Assembly: GCA_022813865.1 (NCBI GenBank) | Contig: JALDZX010000045.1 | Location: 124,001-172,433 of the forward strand | Direction of reading: 5' to 3' | DNA length: 48,433 bases | Source: Xylographa opegraphella | Lineage: Eukaryota | Part shown: piece after piece, positions 11,325-20,922 of the stretch | How positions within the stretch are numbered: the first letter of the stretch is position 1 | Layout of the letters: the number at the start of each line of letters is the position of its first letter | Program-made: the position numbers and the translations under genes | Notes under the pieces: generated by a model | Told to the model about the DNA's origin: nothing | Database searches by the model: none | The model's input: the letters and a program-made list of their open reading frames with translations, nothing else

Positions 11325-12620
11325 CCTGCCGCTGAAGCGTGCGGCTGTAGCCCTGGACTAAAGGCAATATTTCTCTGTTGTCCGAACTGCCTGGCCGTTT
11401 TGCGCAGGAAGTTGTGTCAGTCCTTGCTTGTAGGTACGGTCGTTATGCAATTTCAATCTCGTAGCCATCACAAGAATCTGTACCTATTTGGTGGGCGTTT
11501 ATGTATATCTTTACACCGTATCCATTATCGAGGTTTCGATGGGCAAATCGAATCAGTCGAGACTCTCTTTTGCAGTATCTGCCTCAACCCCTCAATCCTT
11601 GTCTGCCTTGAAATTGGAGTAAGACGGTACCAGAACCCTTTGGTTCCCGCTTGAAGCCAAGCTTTCGTGAGGCGGATATGGTCGATCTGAAGAATCCACG
11701 GCTTTTGGCGGAGGAATACAGATATCCCTTCAACTACAGCTCGGCTTTCCTTGCGAGCAAATGCCTGAACAATTGTCCTTACGCCTCCAGTACCTATCTA
11801 CCACCGAACACTTTCAAGCATAAGGCACGTATATCACGGACCCCTGTTTTTATTGCGATAAAGCCTTGGCGTCTTACAGGGAGTTTGGACCAATCAGAAC
11901 GTAGTTTGCAGCACGGGGATTCCGCCTAGCCTTGTTAGGTCTATCAGGCGTCCTGGCCAAGACGCCGATCATTTGGTCGTCTCGCCGCTGACAGCAGTAG
12001 TCCAGCAAAGTCACACGCAGATCGGGCGCTGCTGATACAGCCCCCTTTCCCCTCTCCCCATACCTTTTGATTAATTTATGCAAGCCGATGTAAGCTATTC
12101 CGATTTCTGATAAGAGTATGTTGATTCGATGTCGGACGAAATCCCCCACTGCATGGAATCAGGCACATATCTCGATGGTGGCTGCTGGGGCTTCTGCTTA
12201 TGTTACTTATTGTTCCGTTGCTATGGCGAGCCATAAGGACTCCAGTGTTACGAAGCGGCTCGGCGCACTGTACTGTTAGAAACCGTACTGTCGAGGCTTT
12301 ATGAAGGTCCCTTATCGCTGCGGCTCTGCTGCTCGTAAATGCAGACCCTTGTTCAGAACTTCGAAGCCGTACACCTGGGATACAATGGAAGAGTACATAC
12401 TTCTCCTTACCACGAATTGTGTTACGGGATTATGTGATTCTAGGTCCCGGGAATAGCACCATCCGAGCTGGTTCTGTTTTGTAATTTATAGTGTTCATCA
12501 ACGGCCTCTTGATCACCGCGCTTCGTTCTGTTGAGTTTGGAGTGCTCGAGGCGGCAACGTGCTCCCGCCTTAGATTATAATCAAAAGCTTGTGGGATACT
12601 CAGTACAGTCTGTCTGCTTT

Positions 12621-15600
12621 ATGGCAGCACAGCCAGTACTCCTCGTTCTTGGTCGAGTACGGCGTCTCCAGCTCATCTTTCTGCGAATCCTGAACCGCCA
12701 CGCCGCGGAACCGGATGCGGACGTCAATTTTACACGAGGCGATCCCACCCAAGCCGCGGTCTACCAGACAGATTTTGTCATCGAGAATTGGGAGGCGAAA
12801 AGCAGAAAGCTTAATGACATTCAAGCTGACCCTAATGAGAGTGATAATGTGGCCTCGCCCCAGTGCTCTGCCAAGGTTGTGGTTGCGCCCAGTCTCGACT
12901 GTTTCAAGGTACGTTTGGAATCAGCCAAATGGCTGCTATGTCCCGGAGCGGGATGCGCTCGTCGCCGAATATCGAGACAAACTGACGCTTGAAAACAGAT
13001 AGATGACTACAAGCAGGTGCTGGCCGGTATATACTCGGAGCATCATGTCTCTCATTTTTGCTTGGTCCGCAGTGATGGGCCGGGCAGGGTCAGACCAGAC
13101 GAGATCGTCGTCGTCAACGACCTGATCCAGTTCATCACAAGCCGATTTCCTACAGTGCACGGGACCGCAGTCTACATCGACGAAGATACTCTGCCGGAAT
13201 TGCAGAATCCCGCGGACGGTCCACCGTGTCTGCGAGGACTGGCTAACATGTTTCTGTTCGCAACGGAGCCGATGGCCGCGCGGCCACGGTATGCGCAGGA
13301 GAGGATGGTCGCAAACTTTCTGAGCACCTTGAGCCTCGCTGTGGTCCCCTCAGAAGTCCCAAAGAGAAACCGGTTGCCTCCGATTGTGTTGGGTAATGCT
13401 TTCAGGACTCTATTCGGGGTGCTCGAACCATTGCTATCGTACAGTCGTGAACTGCTGGAAGAGACTCAGGGACAGTGGTCGACTTCCCAAACTCTTGTGG
13501 ATGAGCTGCAGAAGGAACTAGGGGACGTCGCCACTGCTCTCACTTCGAAACAAGAAAAGCTGGCAGATTTGGACACCGAGGCTCTTGAGCTGCTCAAGGA
13601 CGAGTCGTTTAAACAACGGTTCTACATTCGTCCCAAAGATTTCAAGATCCATCTCACGACCGAGTATCCCATTCGAAACGTGAAAGAGGCAATTGGAGAC
13701 GACTCTAAGCAGCACTCTTCGAGCCATGCCGGCAATGAGTACCATGGGATCGTGTCCAATGCAGCTTTCAAGATGGGCTTCGCCAGGGTGGAGCTCTTTG
13801 GCTGGAGAAAGGAGGTCTATGGGGCCGAAATCCTGGACTTGAGATCCATTGTCGGCATACTAGAATCCGATAAAGACGACGCAACTGCGCGCTTGTCTGC
13901 ACTCAAACTGGAAGTGGCCTCCAAGGAGAACCGAGCTGCTATTCTACTCAAGACGCTCGAGACGATGGAGGCCGACTTACAGGCATTACGACAGCCGTAT
14001 GGCCGGCACTGGGAGTACGTAGCTGCAAAGCCGCAGCTCACGTTGGGCTCTCTTACCAGTGTCACGCAATTGCTGGGACTGGAGACTGCTATCCCCAGGT
14101 CGTACCCTATATATGCGTCTGGGTCGACGGAGAGTCCAGTTTCGCCATATCCCAAACCCGAAGAGCAGGTCGCATTCGCCGCCGCGGTGGAACACACAGT
14201 AGAAGCCCTGAGCGAGGGCCTACTCCGAGCCTTGCCTGCGCTCTCCCTATCCATCAGAAAGATAAAGGTATCCCTGTATGCCACGATAGAAGAACTTCGG
14301 GCTCTTGACGTTATCGAAATCCCTACAGCCATGCGGGAACCAACGTCCTCGGAGTTTGAGAAATGCCCAGAATCGAAGTTGAAGACGGAGGCCAAAGGCG
14401 CAGTGGAGAGCGTACGCATACAGCTCGAGCAGCTCCAGCAAAAGATCGTCATTCCTCAACGAGAGCGCCTGGGAGCAGTCATGGTTCGGGCGATTGCTAC
14501 CGCGAACGAGGTTGATCATCAGATACGGGATATTGATCTTCGGTTTCTTGCCGTGCAAGACTTGCTGGAGTATCTACGTGGTAACGAGGACGTTTCGCTG
14601 GGGCTGGCAACTGATTTAATCTCTCAACGGTGTCCACTCAAAACAATACAGAGCTTACTGTTGGCCAAGCAACACCAACTGGCGCTCGAGAATGGCGGCA
14701 AGTCGCAAGTGAACGACTCAGAATGTTCTGCAGAGGATGACATATGGCTCAATAGCTTCGGCTCATGGGGCAAAATTGAAGAAGACGTGAAGCGGCCACG
14801 CCAAGAAGGCAGTACCCTCCATGAGCTTCTCCCTCGAACCTCGAGTAATAACGCGACAGGAAATACGAACCCTGTCAGAGTGATTGTCCTGGGCAAGACG
14901 CAGGCGGGTAAGAGTTCTGTGCTGAAAGCTCTCCTGGAGTACGGTGAGCACAAAGAGCTTGCAGCGCAGGTGGTCACGGGGCGTGCAGATGTCTCCATCA
15001 CGGACAATGTGTCGAACTATGCGGCCTCGATTCCGATCCGGAAGCACGTCTGCGCACGGAAAACCGGCGAGATCGTGGAGGAGGCAGATTTTCAGAAGAT
15101 GAAAGATATCGCGAAGCGGAAGTTGGTCTATAAGAACGATCTCTCAGCCTCTTGGACGGTAAATTTGAATCTCATCGACACGCCAGGCTTGGGAGACTCG
15201 AGAAATATGGCTGAGCACATGCGACGGACCGATCAATTATCTCCGCCCCGGAGCGGTGAACAAAGCCAAGCACGACCCGCTGAGTATGTCGCCAATTCTG
15301 TGGACGAGAGACATAAGCTGTCTATAGTCGCTGCCTTGAACAAGGAATCCTCCATCAACGCCGTTTGTCTGATCATTAATTCTCAAGACAGCCTTAGCGG
15401 ATCCGTGAGCGCGTACCTTAACCAATATGTTAAGCTATTTCAGAAAACAAATGTCGAGTACGTTGTCATCCACACCGCCGTCGACTATAGCAAGATTTCA
15501 GGGGAAGACATGGAGCAGCGCAAGCTCCATGTTGATGAATTACTTGGAATCCGTGGTAGCCACCATGTGATCCAGACCAAAGTGAACACGGAGCGCGCTT

Positions 15601-17519
15601 ACGAGGCACACGCGCTCAACTTGAGCATCGCAGGCATCCTGTCAACCTTCCGGATGTCGGAGCCGCGAAGCTTAGGAGCTCTAGCTTATCCGAAAGAGAA
15701 TCTTCATAACAATATGGACGACACCATCCGGACCGTGTACGACAAGTACCTTAACCGCCTGAAAGTCGAGCTCGTAACCAAGGAGACCGAAATCAAGGCG
15801 ATTGAGTCAACCGGTGAGTCTTCCCGGCTCAATGCAAAATCGAGAGAGATCGACAGGCAAATCCGGGTGTTGCAGGTGCGACTGACCAATCTTGATACTT
15901 CGGAGGAGATATGGATGGATGGCAAAGAAGGGTATGAGCCGTACCATTCTTTCCTTCCCGTGCATTCGACGATCAGCTTTAGCTTCCTCGTCGATCATCC
16001 CATCCGCCGGGCCAAGGAGACCCACGAGCAGTATGGCTCCTGGTACGGCCTCTCTGGTTGCGAAGGTGAACGGTCGCTATCATGCAGATGGGAGGCCAGG
16101 TCAGATTGTTACGCACGAGCCGAGATTCACCTATATACCCATAAGCGAGACGTTCACGCAGTAGACATCTCCGGCATCCGCGATCAACTTAGCGGACGAA
16201 GAGCAGAGAAGGCGAACGTGCAGCGTGAACTCGAAGATATTGCGGGCAAGATCAAGGCGCTTAAGGACTCTGGAGAAGAATGCCTCGTTCTAGCGCGGGA
16301 GGCTGTAGCTGACAGAAGCAAGATGGACGTGACGGAGTACTCCCCGACCGCTTTCCCCAAAACCTGGTTTTTGTTCTGCGGCTGCGACATCCTCTGCTCC
16401 TCGTTCGGGTATCAGCTCGGTCTCGGATTGCCGGACGAGATGTTCGGCGACGTGAAAGATTTGTTTGTAGGTTGGAAGGAGGCTCTCGAGGACGAGGAAA
16501 AGGAGCAGGACACCCGGGCGGAGGTGTGCAAGCTGGTAGTAAGCAGCATAGGTGAGTGCATCACGACCTTAGCAGCGCTGCAGACCGCGATGTCATCCAA
16601 GATCGAGCAATATGACCGCGTAGTGGAAAGTGTCAATCGTCGACTCGCTCAGACAGAAGTCGTAACCCATCCAGACCGCGACGTGCTTGTCCAGTCTTTG
16701 CTCGACCATATGCAGGACCGTCTTGACCTATCTGCTTCGACCACCCGGCTTCAACCGAGGTCAGATATTCGACAGATGATGACCGAGGAAGTCGAAGCTA
16801 CCTGCCAGCTTGTGGATAATCTATCAAACACCTACGAATTGACAAAGCAATGCCTAAGCGAGGAGACCGACAACCTATGTGAAACAAGCGAAGCTATCGA
16901 TGCCCTTCTTGCACAAATGCAAACTATCTGTGGCAAGTGGAAGGCCTCCGAGAGCCATCATTTTTTCCGGGCTGCGGCATCCGCTGCTGCCAAGCGACTG
17001 ATCACCGGCTCGATACAGGAGAAGCTCCTTCCGATCGGGGCGTGGACCATCCTGAACCGTGCGATCGAGGCACGCAGAATGCTCGCCAGCGAGCAGAAGA
17101 ATTCGGTCTCGAGCGGGAACGGCGAGGCAGACGGCGACGTAGAACAAGCAGCCAAGGGGCACATCATCCTCTCCCTGGTCAGAGCGCTCGCCGTATTCGG
17201 AGAGGTGACCGCGCTGTACCACAGCGGACAACAGGATCCCGAGGCTGACTCAAGCGGTAACGACAACTTCTCGAGACCACCTATGTCCAGTCCCGGCAGC
17301 GTTCGATGTGACTCCCTGAGCTTGGGACCGCTGGACATGGTTTCCCGCTGCATGGCAGAACCGCTTTTTGGAGGACTGCCTAGGAGGTCGGCGCCCGTGA
17401 ACATATTGGAAACGCCAAAGATAGTTAAGAGGCGAGCTGGATGGGATCGCCCGGCACGATCTCCCGCTGCATGGCCGAACCGCTATGTAGAGGAGATTCT
17501 GAGAGGACGCCACCCGTGA
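12621..17519 (+). CDS. GTPase gene C (~1600 aa): tandem fusion of a degenerate GTPase module and an intact GTPase module. Exons 12621-12908 and 12999-17519
   Basis: ATG at 12621; a phase-0 intron 12909-12998 (GTACGT..ACTGAC..CAG) joins ..SLDCFK|IDDYKQVLAG.. in frame with the 1500-aa ORF. The second module has G1 VIVLGKTQAGKSS, G3 LIDTPGLGDS and G4-like VVIHTAVD; both modules carry the coiled coil/beta domain. The last ~65 codons run through a 119-bp DNA repeat, so the true 3' end is uncertain. Confidence 0.8.
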
Positions 17520-17720
17520 ATATATTAAAATCGCCAACGATTGTTGGGAGGAGAGCTGAATGGGACCGCCCGGCACGTTTTCGCGCTGCATGGCAGAATC
17601 GCGTATTGAAAAACTTTCTGGGAGAACGCCACCCACTGCATAGCAAAACCGCTTCTCAAAGAACTTCCTGGGAGGACGCTGCCTGTGAATATATCAGAAA
17701 CGCCAACGATTGTTGAGAGA
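17323..17720. repeat. Degenerate tandem repeat, 119-bp period, two full and two partial copies
   Basis: Units begin TGGGAYCGC at 17323, 17442 and 17561; core CGCTGCATGGCMGAAYCGC..GTGAAYATAT..CGCCAA; the third copy is truncated at ~17634 and followed by a partial fourth copy to ~17720. Confidence 0.85.
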
Positions 17721-17998
17721 AGGGTTTGGTTGGAGGGACCCTTTGGGATCCTTTGGGGTAGAATCTGCCACTGACAATCTGGGAGTCGCCGTCTCAGTAG
17801 GTGAACTTTGCGCGTAGAAATTTTGTGATATCCCCATCGGATGTTCGCTGGTGGTAGCCCCCACTGGTAGATAGGGGCTTCGATATAATGTCTTGGCCGT
17901 AACCTCTGCCTCCCTCGCGACGTCTCGATACATTGGCTATGCCTCGACACCTCTGCCCAACGAAAACGGCAAATGCAAAGCCTGAAAGCCGACGGTAT

Positions 17999-18100
17999 TC
18001 ATAATGCATATGTATTGCGGTGAAGTAAACCTCGAACAATTTAACAGTCGATAGAAATCCGATATAATTACTCATAATGCGTATGTATTGCGGTAAAGTA
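17999..18100. repeat. 29-bp imperfect direct repeat
   Basis: TCATAATGCATATGTATTGCGGTGAAGTA (17999-18027) vs TCATAATGCGTATGTATTGCGGTAAAGTA (18072-18100); two A/G mismatches. Confidence 0.8.
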
Positions 18101-18235
18101 TACTCGCACTCTCATATATCATACTATATACAACAACCCCGTCCTTTCAAAATGCACCCAACTCCCTCCATTCACCGCGTGCCCATGCAATCCAACCCAC
18201 AAACGCCGCATCACAACACAGTCCAGACCTTGCAT

Positions 18236-19351
18236 TCAATGCACCATCGACTTCCCAATGCGGCTCTCCCAATCCCGCGCGCGCTCGAAGCCGTTGGAAT
18301 GCGTCTGGTAGTCCATCATCGCCTGATAGACCTCCTCCTGGCTGTTCAGCACAAACGGGCCGTACTGCACGACTTTCTGATCGAGCGGCAGGCCCGCGAC
18401 GAGGAAGAAGCGCCCGCTCTCCGCCGCCTGCGCCGGCACCTCGGCGTGCACGTAGTCGCCCTCCCGCTCGAACACGGTGTTGTGGTAGCTCGGAACCGCT
18501 TTCCGGGCGTCGCCCTCCCCGAACGTGGTCTCGCCTTCCAGCGAGTAGGCGAAGGCGTTCCAGCCGATGGGCAGCGGCTGCTGGATCTGCCCGCCCGGGG
18601 CGATGGTGACGTCGAAGATCCAGACGGGGGTGTAGGCCAGTTCCTGCACGCTGTCCGTGCCGTGGCTCTGGCCGCTGATGATCTTCACAGTCACCTTGCC
18701 GTCATCCACCTGTATTGTTGGGATCTCCTGCGCCTTCAGGTCGCGATAGCGCGGCTCGCACATCTTTAGCTTCGCGGGCAGGTCCACCCACAGCTGCATG
18801 CCGACGTTGTCGCCCGAGTTCGGGTTCGGCATCTCGGCGTGCATGATGCCTCGCCCCGCGGTCATGAACTGCAGGTCGCCGGGCCCGATGGTGCCGGCGT
18901 TGCCGGCGAAGTCTTCGTGGTCGACGCTGCCGGAGAGGATGTACGTGATCGTTTCTTGGCCGCGGTGCGGGTGGTCCGGGAAGCCGGCGCCCGGGTGGAC
19001 GGTGAAGTGGTCGAGCATGAGGAAGGGGGAGAGGCGGCGCAGTTGGGGGGTGCCGATGGAGCGGCGCACGGAGGCGCCGGCGCCTTCGGACTGGGAAGTC
19101 GCGAGGAAGGAGAGGGCGATGGAGCGGGGGGTTGACATGTTGGCCGGGCTGAAGAAGGACGGGGGAGTGAAGGGGAGGGAGAAGATGTTGAAGGCGGGAC
19201 TCGAGCTCGCGGACGAGAGACCGAGAGCGGTGAGGCTGCTGAAGCTGCTGAAGCTGCTGAGGGAGCTGGTGAGAAACTTGCTGAGGGAACTGGAGCTGTA
19301 GAGGAGAGAGGCTGCGAGGCAGATCGTGATTGAGAGCAGAAGGCGCTTCAT
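18236..19351 (-). CDS. Pirin (bicupin, Fe-binding) family protein; alternative start at 19138
   Basis: EGAGASVRRSIG..PFLMLDHF..GFPDHPHRGQETITY..HEDFAG..GDLQFMTAGRGIMHAEMP..MQLWVDLP and the C-terminal YGPFVLNSQEE are pirin N- and C-cupin motifs. Confidence 0.95.
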   Translation of the reverse strand: MKRLLLSITICLAASLLYSSSSLSKFLTSSLSSFSSFSSLTALGLSSASSSPAFNIFSLPFTPPSFFSPANMSTPRSIALSFLATSQSEGAGASVRRSIGTPQLRRLSPFLMLDHFTVHPGAGFPDHPHRGQETITYILSGSVDHEDFAGNAGTIGPGDLQFMTAGRGIMHAEMPNPNSGDNVGMQLWVDLPAKLKMCEPRYRDLKAQEIPTIQVDDGKVTVKIISGQSHGTDSVQELAYTPVWIFDVTIAPGGQIQQPLPIGWNAFAYSLEGETTFGEGDARKAVPSYHNTVFEREGDYVHAEVPAQAAESGRFFLVAGLPLDQKVVQYGPFVLNSQEEVYQAMMDYQTHSNGFERARDWESRIGKSMVH

Positions 19352-20238
19352 CGGGCTGAGGAGGAGTTTAAGTAGTTGAGAGATGGAGAACAGGATGGGG
19401 CTGGAATATTCTCCTCGTTCGATGGCATTAGTGAGGCACCGGTAAGGACTGACATATAATTATCATCTGTTCGAGTTGGGAATAGGGATTCGAAGGCTTT
19501 TTCTCGCCGCTGATTAACGCTTACCCAAGTCTTTGGAGTGCTAGTTGTCATCGTGCGCCACACTAGGCACTTTGCCTCGGCAGGCGGGCCGCCAAGTGGC
19601 GCTCGAGACGTTCTAGAAATGCTCGAATAATCAGTAAGAATTAATCGTGTGCGACTTGCAAACCAACACGGATATATTCTTGTTGTGCATATGCAAGAGT
19701 CATTGACTGCTCAGTGTTTGACTTGCCGAACAGGGAATCTACGTTCTCCAGAATAGTCACATACGCTATTGTAGCAATTCACCCACTGGGAGAAGATTTC
19801 TTGGATTTCACGGTATCTGCTCTCATAACATATCAGGGCAATGAATCCCTCTCAACCACATCCCGCCGACCTATGCCTCCCGCGACACCACGCACCTGAA
19901 CCCTCCCGTGACTCTCAATGCTCGTATCGCCCGGCTTGCTGAGCGAAATCAACACATCTTCCACTTCGTGCATGACCCGGTTCGGCGCCATGCGATCCAG
20001 TGTCCGTCATTGCAAAAGGCAACTGATTCCGTCTCAAGCCCAACCATTGCGCAAATGCACGCAGGTATTGCAGACTCCACGGCGACGACATGCACAGCAC
20101 GCCCAAACGAAACCGCTTCCCCCAATCCATCCTTTCCAATACCATCCCCCTCGTCCCCCCCTCGCTCTCCCCTCGCCCCCCTTCCTCCCTCCCTCTCTAT
20201 TAAACCCCCCTACTCCCTCCCTCTCCATCAGACCCCCA

Positions 20239-20922
20239 CTACTCCCCCACGAACTTAACCTTCACCGACGCATTCACCTCCACATCCTCCGGCTCAAGCG
20301 CCAAAACCCCAATCCCGCTCGCCCCCGACGGCGGCCCACCCATCCTCGCCGTCTGCCTCGTCCGCCCCATCGTCACCGATCCCAAATCCTCAATCTGAAC
20401 AGCCACGACCCGCCTGCCCACAACGTCGGCCAAGTCCGCAGCCTTGGTGACGGCATCACGCATGGCAGCCCGGCGCGACTCGGACGCCACGGCAGCGAGC
20501 GTAGCGTCGGTGAGCGTCCACTTGGTGCTCTCGATGACGACGTGCGGCGTCGCGAACAGGGCGCCGGCGACCTCGGCCAGGGTGGCGAAGGCGCGGAAGA
20601 TGACGTGGAAGCGCGTGCTGGCGGCGTAGAGGCGGGCCGGGAGCGGGTCGCCGTGGCGGTCGTCGGGCACCCAGGTCTTGGTCGTGAGGGCTGTGGTGGA
20701 GAAGACGGTGATGGCGGCGTCGGGGGCGGCGTCGCCGGTGGCGGTTTTGGGCGATAGGGCTTGGAAGGTGGCGCGGAGGTCGTGGGAGGTGGAGGTGACG
20801 TCGTGGGAGACGGTCGATTGCGAGGGGCCTTCGGACATGACGGTGAGGGAAAGCACGGCCCGCTCTGCGGGGCGGGAGATGACGGATGCGCCGGTGACGG
20901 TGATTTCGAGAGGGGGAGGCAT
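20239..20922 (-). CDS. SIMPL/DUF541 domain protein (~227 aa), intronless
   Basis: MPPPLEITVTGASVISRPAERAVLSLTV...SRRAAMRDAVTKAADLADVVG...LEPEDVEVNASVKVKF matches the DUF541 pattern (ITVxG..P/D.A.L; A..DA..KA..LA; P...V.A.V.V.F). Confidence 0.8.
   Translation of the reverse strand: MPPPLEITVTGASVISRPAERAVLSLTVMSEGPSQSTVSHDVTSTSHDLRATFQALSPKTATGDAAPDAAITVFSTTALTTKTWVPDDRHGDPLPARLYAASTRFHVIFRAFATLAEVAGALFATPHVVIESTKWTLTDATLAAVASESRRAAMRDAVTKAADLADVVGRRVVAVQIEDLGSVTMGRTRQTARMGGPPSGASGIGVLALEPEDVEVNASVKVKFVGE

Noticed and set aside
13017..13019. GTG start for the 1500-aa ORF
   Set aside because: Unlikely in a fungus; the ORF is the second exon of a gene starting at ATG 12621
17323..17720. CRISPR-like array or 5S rRNA copies (119-bp unit)
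   Set aside because: Whole units are homologous with no unique spacers, the host is a eukaryote with no cas genes, and the unit lacks recognisable 5S sequence
5600..18150. Intact Starship or DNA transposon carrying the GTPases
   Set aside because: No DUF3435 tyrosine recombinase, transposase, terminal inverted repeats or matching TSDs found by eye; kept only as an inference about origin
19552..19605. Possible three-way-junction RNA or tRNA-like fold (CGTGCGCCAC..GTGGCGCTCG enclosing two small hairpins)
   Set aside because: Too short, no tRNA A/B boxes, and short GC stems are likely by chance
18077..20757. Plus-strand ORFs of 230, 167 and 279 aa
   Set aside because: Antisense shadows of the GC3-rich pirin and DUF541 genes; no independent motifs
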